Counted from the stretch's first letter, positions 13,167-27,640 are shown. The stretch: 64,000 nt of DNA from Octopus vulgaris (GCA_951406725.2 OX597823.1:82522001-82586000); one strand, 5' to 3'. A program made the numbers and translations. The notes: generated by a model from the sequence alone, not told the origin.

Positions 13167-16100
13167 GGAAAACAAATGCCGCAACTATGTAAAAAGCATG
13201 ATGAGAATATTTCAATATTTGCTTTAAATCCATTTTTAATATAAAGAACAAATATAATCATTCGCTCGGATTATAGAAAAAGTATTCAAAATAAAAAATC
13301 AACATGACAGATGATTTTCAATTTGTCTTTTGAGACATCTTTTGGAAAGAAAATTCTTATAAGATTTAGAAATTTGTTTAGGAATACACATTCTCTAGTA
13401 ACATCTTTGAAAAAGAAAATGACTTTGCTATGGAGTGTTGGTATACAAGTTTAATTCGCGGCCCACTATTAAATGGTTAAGTGTTTTGCGGCCCTCTATT
13501 AAAAGTTTGTATCTTCAATCACTAACTCATATTGTTAAGCTAGGTGTAGAATACTTTTAAGAAAGGCTTACAGACATTAAATATCTTTTCCGAGAGAACT
13601 CATAGAAATATGCTAATTTTTTTATAAAGTAATTATGTGTAATTTGTTTAATTATAACTGAAGTTTAATTAATATAAGAAAAAGTTTTACAGCTAGATCA
13701 ATATGGACAATTTGTTATTTGGTGTACTGAATTTAAAATAATCTGAGGCCTTATCTTAGAAAACAATAACTTCAGGCAGGTAACTGTCTGTACTTATAAT
13801 ATATATATATAGACAAAGGTTCCAAATGGTGCCTCTAAAATCTCATAAGATTGAAGGGATACATATTGTAATTTATTAATTTCCCAGACAAACAAGAAGC
13901 TCTATAGAGCCTGTGTCCAACTCTTGGTTACATTTTAATATAAGATCAAAAAATCATCCTATTAGACGCTGGACGACAGCACGTTGCTTTTATCGCAGAA
14001 CTAACAAAATTCAGAACTGTATGGATTAAAGCTAGATAGATTCCGCTGTCGAACGTTATGAGACTTCTCCATAGACACAAAACAGAAGGATTAAAGCATG
14101 ATACGAAACATGATGATACGAAGGATGATACGAAACACAGTTCCTTCCACTGTTTGTCCTTTATCCTGCTGAATCAGTTACTCACAGCTTTTCTTATATA
14201 ATCTGACATTTAGTTCTAACAAGATAACCCTTCGAGAATAAAGTTAAGTTTAGAGTATAAATGAAAATCCTTGAATCAGAATAAATATATCCGTGTCTTA
14301 TGCGTTCAGTTTAATTACTTCCAAATATACTAAATCGATATTTACAAACAATTCTAGTTAAAATGAATGAGAATATATTTTAATACATTTATGTCTTATA
14401 GTATAATATATGAAGTTTATAGATTGGTAAAACATCAGTTTAGTCGTCGAACTGGTTTACTTCAGCATTATTTTAATTAAATTAGATTTAGTTTATATAA
14501 ACCGCATGAAACAGTAATATACTGCATTGTTTGGTAGAACAATAACAAATTAGATAGAATGAATTTTAGAGCAACAAGGGCACGGCACCTGAGTAATATA
14601 TAATACATTTCAGAATTCTTGCTCTTGCTATGTATAACTATTTAAGAAACACGCAATGCATATATATTTATGTATATGAACGTCGACGTATTGCAAGATT
14701 ATGTACAATTTCTACAACTGTTATGTTCTATAAAGCTTTGAATACCATCATGTTTTCCGTATTATTAATTGTATTTGTATGTATGTGTGTATGTATGGGA
14801 TGTATATATGTGTGTATATGTATGTGTGTGTGTGAGTGTGTGCTTCTGTGTGAGTGTCTGTCTGTACGTGTGAGTACATATATCTATATATACACAGAGT
14901 GAGGAGAGAAGTACTCGCATTTTATATTTGTAGAAAATATTTATAAGTTTTCATTAAATTAATTTAAGCAGATTATATACGCTATTTAGCAAATTCAGCA
15001 AGCTGTGTTATATTTTAAAACTTATTTCATAACTACAAGCATTATATCATTTGAAACCTCTAAAGTTATAAAATTTTGATCGTATAATAATATTGTATAG
15101 GATATTATGCATAAAAGGATTTCAACTTAAAAGATTAGAATACACAGCTTAGTTTGGTTTCATCGATGATAAACTAAGTCGACTTGATATACCGACTCGT
15201 TTTTGACGAGAAGCAGCCATGATTTTTTTCTGTCCCATATTGAAGTTGTAAGACAATTATTTCGTTGGATATCATTACCTTAGTCAGAGGTGGGTCATGG
15301 AGCTAGCGATTAGTTTATTTAATTTAAATGCTTAGTAATAGTTAGTCATTAAGACTAGCTTACTTGCATGTGATCAGATATTCAGGGTGGGTGAACATGG
15401 AATTCGACTAGCGAGTGCAGTATTTTCAGGACAAAAATCCATACTTAGCATGTTTTGTCTGCAGTAGCTAATTCACTAATGAGATTTCTTTTTGTTCTTG
15501 TTTTAAAGCTTTAGGTAAAAGAGCATTTATCTGTTTAAATAACCGAAATAATGATAGAAATCGTTCTGACATTAATGAAGGTTACGTTGAGTGACTACAG
15601 CAGATCTAACTTCGTCAGATAACTATCAGTCAGGATAGTGTACTTTTTATAGCGTTGTGAATGGTGGAGTAAGATAACAGAACATTAAATGGAATGAAAT
15701 GAGATTACATCGAGAAGCATTCCATCCGTTATCATGTCTGGTTCATAAAAATCTATAGTAGAATCAAATGTCTTGAGCAATTAATCAACCTACCACAAAG
15801 TTTCCGATTCTTATGTGAAATGACGTTCTTGTCTCTTTCATACCCGTATTACCTACTATGTATGACTAAAACGGTTTACAAAGTTCTAAGATCCATTAAT
15901 GTTTAATATGATAATAGGAAAAGTAGTTAAATCTTCTTTCAATTATCTAAATTCACTTTTCGTTAAAGGATGGCAGTCTGCATAGAGATAAGGATGTTAG
16001 TTACTGTCTTGTCAACAAACTGTTGTTCGTCTATGGTTGAGACAATTATCTATCGTGAAACGGTCTTCCTCGATAGTTTTCATACGGACACCTCATCGCT

Positions 16101-17931
16101 ATAAGCGGTAGCATTGTATAATTAATGAGTGTTTCATTACTTCATGCTGATTTCAAGATCTATTGCTTTTTATTTATTTGTCTATCTACTTTTTATTTGG
16201 TTGAAGTAAGTAACGGAAAACTTGGTTGAACAAATTATATCATTATAAAACTAACTATCACCTCTGCTTAAAAAGTTATTTGTGACAAATTCAAAGGAAG
16301 ATTTTAGTCCGAAAATGTTATGGCCATAGAATGTCCTGCCTAAATTTATTGAGCAGTTTTCTAATTTAAACATTGGAGAAGTTTCCTCATCATCTACCTC
16401 ACTACTATAATCGTTGGTGCTATTTTCTAACTTTACTCTCCTCCAAAGTTCTTTCCCATTAATCATTTAAGTTTACAATCTCTGTCACCATTTCCTGTTA
16501 TATCTCTGCTTTATAGTCTTTAACTATCTCTCACCATAGGCACTTAGATACGATCATACACTTTCATTACATTTATAAAACTATATCTAGATCATTTTTT
16601 TTTACCCTATGCTTCTTTCATCAATAATGAACTTCCAACATTATTTAAAAATTAAATGATTTTAATGACGAACAGATGGAAGTCATATACTGTTTAATAA
16701 AACCATTAATTTTTTCTGCATATGAATTTCAGGCAAATTTCAATTTTTAGTTTCAAATATTGATAAGCCCTATCATAAAATAATTCTCTTATTTATAAAA
16801 CAAAGCAAAACGTTCCAGCTTACTTATTGACCAGGTCTTCATTTATTAACAACATTTTATTTACTGTCACCGTATAACTTATGCTTATTATATCTGTGCC
16901 TCACCCTTTAATTGTCTGTTTCTATAAATTTATCTTAATCGTGTCATCACTTTCATTGTATTTTCTTAACACTGTATATAAATATTCAGTATATCAAAGT
17001 AAAAGTTTATCTAACTATTCCAGGGCCTGAGCAGAATCTGGTACTGGCATTCATGCTTCTTGCCAATCTATGTCATCCAACACTTCCAACACAAAATTTC
17101 GGTAAACTCCGAAACATTTCTTTGTCCAAAGGATAAACAATATAAATGCAAGAAAAATAATTTTTCTCATCAATAAAATGCAATCGTAATAAAAATTTCC
17201 TTGTCGCCCAGTTTACTTTGTGAATTCATATGTGTGTGTGTGTGTGCGTGCGTGTGTGTGTGTGTATGTGTGTGTGCGTGTGCTACTTCATAGTGCGTTG
17301 GGTTTTCTGGTAAAGTACATTTGACCATTTGATCTGTTGATCTGAAAATCACTGACTTTAGCCAATGTTTAGAGGTTTTATTTCTATGACCTTTCCCTGA
17401 AAGCTTTCAAATTTCCGACATTTTACGTCGACGAAGCAAAATGTATTACTTCATAGTAGGAAAAAAAATCGATTTGTTTTTCCATTCATACATTTCCTAG
17501 TGTATTAATTGTTTTGTAATAATGTCACTTCCAATACTACTCGTATCGTAGTCAAGTGCAGATTCGGCTTTTAAAGAGCTCACAATAATTATTGCGCAGA
17601 GAAAGGTTTGTTATGCTCCTCAACAGGAATGCTTTTCATATTAGATGAGTTTCATATCAAACAGCAATTTAATTGACAGAAGTGGACACATCTTTTGTTA
17701 TGTGATGTAATTCCAGGTGTAAACCTACATATTAATCATAACCTATTAGATGTTTTTGAGCTATGCAATAACATGCGTTTACTGCCGTATTAATGCCAGC
17801 GTTAAGCATCACATGAGTGTCATTGCATAATAAGTTTATATGCCAATTCAATCTGTTGCAACACATAAAAAATATATTTTTAACACTGAATTTGAAAAAT
17901 GTAGACAACGTGCTTTATTTCTTCTTATTAG

Positions 17932-17943
17932 CATTATTATCAC

Positions 17944-17989
<46 letters not shown>

Positions 17990-18028
17990 GTCATTATCAT
18001 TACTATTATTCTTATTCTTATTATTATT
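17932..18028. repeat. (TAT)n microsatellite, imperfect
   Basis: Directly visible. Confidence 0.95.
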
Positions 18029-18791
18029 GGTTGTTAGATGTGGGTTGCATAACAAACACATGATACAGTTTATGTAGCATTGATTTGTATTTTCTGTACA
18101 GAAAATTGTTTCAATAAAAAGGGAAATTTTCTCGTTTATTACTTTGTACATTAGATCAAAGTATTGCAAACGTGTTTAGAGATGTATCAAATAATATAGT
18201 ATCAAGTGAGCCGTGAAACCGCGAATTTCTACAATACTTTAGCTATAACGAACGTTCATTAAAGGAAGCTTTGTTAATACACGATTAATTAATATATCAC
18301 GCTGATCCTGCTCACTTGTGTGAGAAGCATGTTTCTACAAAATATCATTGATATAACTAAAACCAGTTTACAAATACCACAGAGTTTTACCAATATGAAG
18401 CCCATGCAACTTGAAATTATAAGAAGTAAAGTAACTATGATTATAAAAACTATGTTTGGTAAAGGTGTAAAGCTGCTAAACGTAGAGTCTAAATCACTTG
18501 CTGCATAACTTCCCTCCAACGGCCATTTTATGTGGTTTTAAATAGCTCATGGACAGATTTCACAATGAAAAGGAAGTTAGACTTTTACAAGTTAGTTTTT
18601 CCAGATGGTACGCGACTTAATGTAGCAAAAAAGAAAAAAAAACTGTGCAATAATTAAAAATACTGTGTTAAAAGTAAGGATTATACTTCCAGCTCTACCA
18701 CCAACACATCTTTTGTAATTGCACATGTCCTGACGCCTATGCAAATAGTTGCATTTTGTCACAAAAAAGGCACGTGATTTCTACCTTATAT

Positions 18792-19000
18792 ATTTATTTA
18801 TTGCTCACAAGGGGCTAAACATAGAGGGGACAAACAAAGACAGATAAAGGGATTAAGTCGATTACATTGACCCCAGAGCGTAACTGGTACTTTATTTATC
18901 GACCCGGAAAGGATGAAAGGCAAAGTCGACCTCGGCGGAATTTGAACTCAGAACGTAACGGCTAGGCATTTCGCTAACGTTTCTGCCAGCTCGCCGCCTT
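18792..19000 (-). mobile_element. Family A SINE monomer with TSD
   Basis: Near full-length copy. TSD cgtgatttctac(c/g)ttatat at 18773-18791 and 19001-19019. Confidence 0.92.
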
Positions 19001-19585
19001 CGTGATTTCTACGTTATATCCCATTCAGTAACATCATGTTTTGTAAAATGAATTTACGAAAATGTTTCTGAAACTGTTTTAGCATTTATTACACAAACGC
19101 CATTTTGTAGTGTAACAAAGAGTATTTTTAGTTACAGAGTTTCTCTGTTGCATAGATATTGACAATATCAATTTTTTTTAGCAGCGTGTTGCATGTCACT
19201 GCTGTGGATATTTGTTTGATATTTACTCATTATTTTATACGGTAAATTGTGAACAATAGCGCTGTTGCTTACAGGTTTTGAATAGGATAATCGCTATTTC
19301 ACTGCTTTTCTGGGGGCCATAGTGACAAACGTTTTTGTAACTGGATGCAGAACAAATATGATGACATTCCACTTTTTTCAACTTTTCTTGTCGATGTATG
19401 TATCCTTCACTAATATACAACGGCGAAAGACTCACCCCTGCAGATATATTTATGACTGTTTTCTTCATATTCTTAAGATGTAGTCACCATTGATGAAATA
19501 TCGGTGACCAATGTATATGAATAAACTTTATATTCAACATCACATTCTTTTGGTAATTGTGAAATGACTAAGTAGATATTTTGTG

Positions 19586-19700
19586 CATACATACATACAT
19601 ACATACATACATACATACAAACAAACATACATACATACATACATACATACATACATACATACATACATACATACATACATACATACATACATACATACAT
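19586..19700. repeat. (ATAC)n microsatellite
   Basis: Directly visible. Confidence 0.95.
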
Positions 19701-19789
19701 GCGCACACATTTGTGTATACGCGGAAAAGGTTAACAATTACTTCAAAGTTTTAACATCCATCGTTTGTTAGCGCCTGGTTCGCTGAAAC

Positions 19790-19953
19790 TTCGAAGCCCC
19801 TGTCAAACTATTCCGGTTATTTCTGGAATTCATCTACAGGGGATTATACTGGAGCAAGGTAAAACGACGTGCTTTGCTCAAGAACACAATACACAAACCG
19901 GTATTGTACAATCGTGAAGGCAGAACTCTAATCACTAAGCTACGCGCCTTCAC
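19790..19953 (-). mobile_element. Degenerate tRNA SINE with a family C-like head
   Basis: Minus strand starts gtgaaggcgcgtagcttagtgattagag and includes gtgttcttgagcaaagcac, similar to the head at 39270. Confidence 0.6.
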
Positions 19954-21984
19954 ATATTACTGCTAGGTAACTCGTTGATATTTGTATGAAAGATAGTTTT
20001 ATCAGATTGTAATATGACATATAAAAATAAATAGTGAAAAGAAATACTTCGTCACAGTTGTCCTAACAAATACGACCTATACAGTTTTTAGATCAAGATT
20101 ATAGATAAGTCGTTTTACTTGAAGCGAAATGGCCGAGTGGATGTAATTGTGAAACCTGCATTCATGGTTTATGTTCAAATCCACGGCAGGTGTTTCTCTA
20201 ATTAATTTCTCAGTGCAACACAGCTCATCCACCTGTCGAGGTGGGTTATAGATCGATAAATATCTGCGACGAAAGGCATTATATCTATGTATAAATTCAT
20301 CACTCAGCTAATTATCATAACCGAAGCAAATCATCGATCTGTGTAAGGGACGTTTTGAGTCAGTAATAATTTACACCAACAATTCGTAATTTTAAAAGTA
20401 CAGTTTTTACAGCATTTATATTCTCTATGAATTTCGGCCCTAGACCAGCAATTTTGAGAGGAGAAAAGCTGATTAGATCAGTTCCACAAGTACTTCATTT
20501 TATCGATTCCGAAACGATGAAAGGTGTAGTTGACCTCAGTAAGATTTGAAACCCATTCTATAGTAAAATAACTGACGTGTGGGTTTTCTATTATACGCTA
20601 GTCAGACTGAAGAAGAAAAAATGTCAAGCGTGAATTTAATAAGTCAAATAACATTGACTAATTTAAAGAGTATTGTTTGTAATCTGTCTTTAGGACTGTA
20701 TAATTCAGAATTAAAGGATTAAATGTTTAACAAATGCTTTTTCTTTGTCATTTTTGTTTACTGCAGATGAGGCTTTAGACTTTAATGTGAAAGATATTCA
20801 AACATTGTTGTTAAAATAATGAAACAGCTGTAGGATTTTCCTGGATTATATATACATATGTATGCATAGATAAATATATACATGCATGTATATATATATA
20901 TTAGACATATGAAAAGAGAGAAAGAGAGAGACACACACATATGAGAACTAATTATATGGTTTCCGTTTGAAGGGTAAACCAGTGATTTGTCTACAAAGAT
21001 TAATCCATAGATTAAGCGAACAGCTGATGGCTGTGAGGATACCCTCAGTTTCAAATAGAGAGGAAGTAGTGGCATGCATGGGTTTTCAGCAAGCGGGGTA
21101 TTCTAAACTAATCTAATAATACGTTAAATATTCGGCAGATCGCCAGACTGTTAAATATGTCCAATAATCTTCAATTAGTGCAGGATTAAATTCTAGTAAG
21201 TCGCATAAGATAATTGGAGCCATTATAAACAAGCCAAGCAATTAGATTAGTCGCTGGTACAAAAAGAGAGAGTAATGACGACAAAATTTATAACCACGTC
21301 TGCTGTATTGAATTTAGAAGTAATCTAATCATCTAATATATGTTAAAAACGTAGGGTTAGTACATTTGACTGCTATAAAAATATATTTAGTTTTGAAAAA
21401 GAGTTTAAATATGTAAATTTAAAATTTAAAGCATTTTTAATCCTGTAAATAGTTGTTCACAGCAATAACACTAAAACCAATGACAAAGTACTGCTAATGA
21501 TGTTAATTTATATTGGTTAATAGAGTCTTGATAAACATGAAGCTAGAGACACTACAACAACGGTGACCGTGTCAACTGTATTTTTAAGATTTCGTCAGAA
21601 AGAAGTAATAGCCATGGCTACGGTATGATGCCTGAGACTAGTACGATACAATCAATGTTCTTATACGATACAAGTAATGTTCTTATATTTTGAACATCTG
21701 TAAGTCGACAACTGAAAGAAACGTTGGGGAAGGTGTAATTACAGAGGGTTGATGATACATTAAAGACTAATGGGCAAGGTGGTTAGTTCGAAGCTGAGAG
21801 CGGAAGATGCAGTGAGAGTGAAATGATGACAGAGGACGTGTACCAGGTAGACTGGGGATCGAAGAGTATGTTACGTGCTACTTTTGAAAACAAGTCACTT
21901 CCGTGACCAAAGCGCAGTGAAGGAATAACATGTCTTATGCCAGATAGGTTCCAAAGTATCACCTCAGCAATTTTAATATTCATT

Positions 21985-22116
21985 TCTAATTTGAGGACAA
22001 GGGTAATTTCGAGAGGAGGGATTACATCGTCGCCAGTGCGTAACTGGTACTTATTTAATCGACCCCGAAAGGATGAAAGGCAAAGTCAACCTTGGCGGTA
22101 TGCGAATTCAGAACGT
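21985..22116 (-). mobile_element. Family A SINE fragment
   Basis: ccagtgcgtaactggtacttatttaatcgaccccgaaaggatgaaaggcaaagtc core. Confidence 0.85.
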
Positions 22117-22212
22117 GGTCATATTTGTGATAGCTGTTTGGTGATTCTTGTTGAGGTGGATTTAGAAAAGTGATCGAGTCACGAGAATAGTCAATATTAT
22201 TAGTGGTGTATC

Positions 22213-22400
22213 AGAACACCGGGTAAAATGCAAAGCACCATTTAGTTCGTCGATACGTTCTGAGTTCAAATTCCGCCTAGGTCGATTTTACTTTTCATGT
22301 TTTCAGGGTTGGTAAAAGAAGTCCCAGTTGAGCACTTGGGCGATGTCATCGACTCATCCCTCCCCCGAAATTGCTGGCCTGGTACCAAAGTTTGAAAACG
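22213..22400 (+). mobile_element. Family A SINE (older tail variant)
   Basis: cgttctgagttcaaattccgcctaggtcg...cccgaaattgctggcctggtaccaaagtttgaaa. Confidence 0.8.
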
Positions 22401-22997
22401 ATATTATCAGTGGTATTAAAGATGTTAATACGATCATCGGTATATGAATGATGAAGATAATTTAGCAGAGGTCGTTGCAATGAGCAGTGGCATTATTAAT
22501 CATTCTACTTATAGCGGCTAAATGATATTAACTGCCATATATGTAGCAAATAAGAGATGATCGTATCACAAACAATTGCTGTACGAGATGTCTTTGCTGT
22601 TAGTGGTGGTCGTTGTATGAGAAGTTGAACTGCTGCTTATGTGGTTTATACCTAGATTAACAGTGATTATTCCAGCGGTGTTGAAGTATAGGATATCTAA
22701 TTCTATATTACAAATGTTGTCTTTTCTTTTAAGGTAGTAGAATATATATATTGGAGATACTTTGGTGTTATTTTTTGCAGGCTGACCAACCAGATATAGT
22801 TTTCCTCATTGCAAGTAATAAACAACTATATCGATTTCAAATTTTAGCACAAAGCCAGCAATTTCGATGCAGTGGGTAAGTTGATTGCTTGGACCCTTCT
22901 GCTTAAATAGTATTTAATTTGAATTCAGAACATAGAACATTTTACCCGTCATGCAAACGGTTCTACCAGGTCACCGACTTAGTAAACGGTAATATTC

Positions 22998-23394
22998 TTT
23001 TCTACTCTAGGCACACAACCCGAAGGTTTGGAGGTAGGGGCCAGTCAATTAGATCGACTTCAGTGCGCAAATGGTACTTAGTTAATCGACCCCGAAAGGA
23101 TGAAAAGCAAAGTCGACCTCGGCGGAATTTGAACTCAGAACGTACCGGCAGACGATCTACCTATTTCTTTACTACCCACAAGGGGCTAAACACAGAGAAG
23201 ACAAACAAGGACAGACAAAAGGATTAAGTCGATTACATCGACCCTAGTACACAATTGGTACTTAATTTATAGACCTCAAAAGGATGAAAGGCAAAATCGA
23301 CCTCGGAGGACTTTGAACTCAGAACGTAAAGACAGACGAAATACTACTAAGCATTTCACCTGGCGCGCTAACCTTTCTGCCAGCTTGCCGCCTT
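22998..23394 (-). mobile_element. Family A SINE dimer with two different tails
   Basis: Two cores joined at ~23160 (c|ctatttctttactaccc). The distal unit ends in a tctactctaggcac-type tail. Confidence 0.88.
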
Positions 23395-24114
23395 TCGAAC
23401 AGAATATATTCTGTTAATTCTTTCACCTCTTTATGTTCTGAGTTCAAATTATGGTTCGGTCAAATTTGCCATTCACTCAACCGAGGTTGCTAAAATAAGA
23501 TACCAGTCAAGTACTCTGAACGACATAATAGGCTATTCACCTTCCTCAAATTTCAACTCTGGCTACAAACACTATGAATATTGGTTATAGTTGTGGTGGC
23601 GGTGGTAATCATTCTTCTGATAATGTACAATCAATCAGTAGCAATCAATGCTGGCCGCTAGAAGTGTTCCTCTTGCTGCTGTAAGCAATATAGCGTTGAC
23701 TGTGTGTAATGAGGATAGCGTCTCTCTCTCTCTCTCTCACTCTCTCTCTTTCTCTTATACACACACACACACACACATACACACACACACACATATATAT
23801 ACATATATAACACAAAAAATCCACCTAATCCAAATAGTTTGATAAGCAATTAACCGATGTATAGAAATCTTAACCTTCAAGTAATATGTATCACACTTGG
23901 ACTAACAAATCTGGATTATCTTGTTCTCTCACGCATAATAATTACTCGCTGGCGTCATGAAATCTATTTCTCTCTCCTCTCGCATCCTCTCTTCTCCTCT
24001 TTCCTCTCTCTCTTTCTCTCCTTTCATTCTAAATGTACACCCTCGCACACACTATACATAAATATAGACACATATACTTATATGTATGTATGTATGTATG
24101 TATATGTATATATG

Positions 24115-24164
<50 letters not shown>

Positions 24165-24877
24165 CGTCAGGAAATATATGTCAGCCTCACTCGTTTATTT
24201 GATTAACGCAGTCGATTCTTTCTCTTCAAGGTGTGCACATATAATGCGATATATATTGATAAATGTTTATATACTAGAAAATTACCCGTCATATAACGTG
24301 TAATTTTGAATGTATACGATGGGTAATATTATGAAATAATTATAATTTAACTTTTATCACATTCCTTGATAGTTACGCAGAATAATGAAATGAATACTAA
24401 ATTTCAAAAGAAATAACGACTCTTCCTCCGCCTTCCTCTTCCTCCTCATTCTCGTCAATGATGCTATGACTCTCACTGTGTGTATTGCGTTGCTTTACTC
24501 GTTGCCTGTCACCAAGCCTAGTATGTGCACTTTTATATTCACTCTCTGTATGTTTCTTTTAGCCTCTCTACCCTTCACCCTCTAGGACGTATGGCGTTAA
24601 TGGAGAATTCAACCAGCAAACAGATATATCGGCCATTATGATATACAGATTCTTGCATATACACATATTTCACATACACATACGCACACACTCTTCCAGT
24701 AACTCTCTCTATATCTTACACCCCCCACAGAATCGTTATCACGCCGCCTTCGCGTCAGGGGTTGATGAAATAAGTACCAGTCGAATACTGGGGTTGACTT
24801 AGGCCCTCCTCCGAAGTTGTTGGCCTTGTGCCAAAATTTGAAACCATTACTATTATTATTATTATATCATTACTGAT

Positions 24878-24884
24878 AGTGGTG

Positions 24885-24931
<47 letters not shown>

Positions 24932-24938
24932 TGTGGTG

Positions 24939-24970
<32 letters not shown>

Positions 24971-25074
24971 GTTGGTGGTGGTGGTGGTGGTGGTAGTAGT
25001 AGTGGTGGTGGTGGTGGTGGTGGTGGTGGTAGGTGGTGGTGGTGGTGGTGGTGGTAGTGGTAGTAGTAGTAGTA
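24878..25074. repeat. Mixed (GTG)n/(GTA)n trinucleotide tract
   Basis: Directly visible. It follows a family A 3' fragment at ~24745-24845. Confidence 0.95.
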
Positions 25075-25456
25075 TATCTACATCAGTTTAAAAGTTCGAG
25101 AAACCCATTTTTATTTGAATCAGTATAATTTGGTAGAGGCGTCAATATGTCGGCGCTTTATTGCGTTAATGTTCAAGAGGTGTAAATTTTAACTTATACC
25201 TTAACTCTCGATATATACGCTATGGGAGAGTATTGATTTCTGCAAGCAATCATCAACCGACTAGTCGCTGCTATCGTTGCTGCTTATCCCCCAAGTAACC
25301 TTTTAATAAGCAGTTCTCTTAACAGAGATATTCCAGACTTCGTGGCCTCCTCTTAAATTCAGGTAATGCTTTTATGAATATGAAGCAGTGAGCTAGCTAG
25401 ATTGTAGCACCCTGGTCTTCTTTGTTTCAAAATTTAGTTAGAGTATTTATAACTGT

Positions 25457-25660
25457 AAGACGCTGAGCTAGCAGAAGCGTTAGCACAGCTGGCAAGTTAC
25501 TTAGCAACGTTTCTTTCGTCACTTTACATTTCGAATTCAAATCACGCAGAAGACACTTTTTTCTCTCATCCCTTTCAGAGTCGATAAAATAAAGTACTAG
25601 TCATTTACTGGAGTAAACGTAATCAACGTGTTCCTCTCCCGTTAGAATTGCTGGCCTCGA
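25457..25660 (+). mobile_element. Degenerate family A SINE
   Basis: aagacgctgagctagcagaagcgttagcac head and aattgctggcct tail. Confidence 0.7.
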
Positions 25661-25763
25661 ACCCTGTAAAGGACCGGCGTGACGATCAGGTGGAAAGCTT
25701 GTACACCGTAGAAATCGAGTAACCAGCCTGAATCTTAAGATCAAGAGAAATTAAAAAAAGATC

Positions 25764-26137
25764 GAGTGGCTGTGTGGTAAGTAGCTTCCTTACCAACCAT
25801 ATGATTCCGGGTTCATTCCCACAGTGTGGCATCTTGGGCAAGAGTCTTCTACTATAGCCTCGGGCCGAACAAAGCCTTGTGAGTGGACTTGGTAGACAGA
25901 AACTGTATATATGTGTATGTGTGTGTATATGTTTGTGTGTCTGTGTTTGCCCCCCCCCCCAACATCGCTTGACAACCGATGGTGGTGTGTTTACGTCCTT
26001 GTAACTTAGCGCTTCGGCAAAGGAGACCGATAGAATAAGTACTAGGCTTAGAAAGAATAAGTCCTGGGGTCGATTTGCTTGACTGAAAGCGGTGCTCCAG
26101 TATGGCCGCAGTCAAATGACTGAAACAAGTAAAGAGT
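25764..26137 (+). mobile_element. Family B CORE-type SINE, near full length
   Basis: tRNA-like head gagtggctgtgtggtaag...ggttccgggttca-like, CORE-like segment, internal microsatellite, conserved 3' end. Confidence 0.92.
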
Positions 26138-26657
26138 ATGACAACGGCTCTTACTTTTTTATTCTTAGGCGATAGCGTCTGAACGTTGGAAATTCGGCTG
26201 CTCTTTCTAGCGGGACCAGCAACCAATAACTCAAGCATCAACAACAAATCGCCAATTAAACTATTTTATTGCTTTGCCTGACAGAGTGCAAAATTTCCCG
26301 TTTACGAAAGTAATTTGCCTTGTAGAAAGTCTCTTTCAATTCGTGCCGTAACGTCAAGACATAATGCGAGACTTGTGTATTTTCTTCTCTTGTCATCGAT
26401 ATTGTTTCTTCTTCAGCAATTAAAATCCCTGCGTTTATAGCCAAGATATATGATTTCAAGTCTACACAACTGAGAGCTCTAAACAGTAACAGTTATATAT
26501 GGAAATAATGGATGCTTTGTTAGCTTTACAGCGTTAGAATAAAGAGTCTAGCATATCAGAATCATAACAGAAACACTAATAGCACTGTTATAGCAAATGG
26601 GTCGATTACTCATAAATGATTAGTTCAAGAATTGGTGAATTACCTTGTCTATATATC

Positions 26658-27258
26658 TATTTCTTTATTGCCCACAGCAGGCTAAACATAGAAGGGACAA
26701 ACAAGGATAGACAGAGGGATTAAGTCGATTATATCGACCCCGGTGCGTAATTGGTACTTAGTTAATCGACCCCGAAAGGATGAAAGGCAAAGTCGACCTC
26801 GGCGGAATTTGAACTCCGAATGTAACGGCAGACGAAATACCTATTTCTTTACTATCCACAAGGGGCTAAACACAGAGAGGACAAACAAGGACAGACAAAC
26901 GGATTAAGTCGATTATATCGACCCCAGTGCGTAACTGGTACTTAAATTATCGACCCTGAAAGGATGAAAGGCAAAGTCAGCCTTGGCGAATTTTGATCTC
27001 AGAAGGTAGCGACGGGCGAAATATCTATTTCTTTACTATCCACAAGGGGCTAAACACAGAGAGGACAAACAAGGACAGACAAACGGATTAAGTCGATTAT
27101 ATCGACCTCAGTGCGTAACTGGTACTTAATTTATCGACCCCGAAAGGATGAAAGGCAAAGTCGACCTCGGCGGATTTTAAACTCAGTACGTAGCGACGAG
27201 CGAAACTCCGCTAAGCATTTCGTCCAGCGCGCTAACGATTCTGCCAGCTCACTGCCTT
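26658..27258 (-). mobile_element. Family A SINE trimer (one head plus three 184-bp units) with TSD
   Basis: ctatttcttta recurs at 26657, 26841 and 27025. Flanked by cttgtctatatatc at 26644-26657 and 27262-27275. Confidence 0.93.
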
Positions 27259-27564
27259 TAACTTGTCTATATATCACCACTATGTCTAAATACTGGGAGG
27301 TTTTTCTTTTTATAGTCCAACTGAATAACTGCGTGAAAGACTCTGCCCCTATTGACTAACTCATTTACATATAAACTATATGTAACTGGGTCATACAGCT
27401 ATTTGCTTAGACTATAAAATATTTCTTGTATTTCTCTAATGATGACGTTAAGTATATATGTACGTGCCCTGTGCGTTTGCGCGTGTGTGTATATATATGT
27501 ATGAATGCATTTATGTATACAGATATGTATATATATGTAAGCATGTATATATATACACACACAT

Positions 27565-27640
<76 letters not shown>

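Noticed and set aside
16251-16466. 71-aa ORF with faint resemblance to a transposase motif (VTNNFLS)
   Set aside because: Lacks the catalytic Asp and any other supporting motif.
26657-27258. Regularly spaced repeats resembling a CRISPR array
   Set aside because: Whole 184-bp units repeat with no unique spacers, there are no cas genes, and the context is a eukaryotic SINE.
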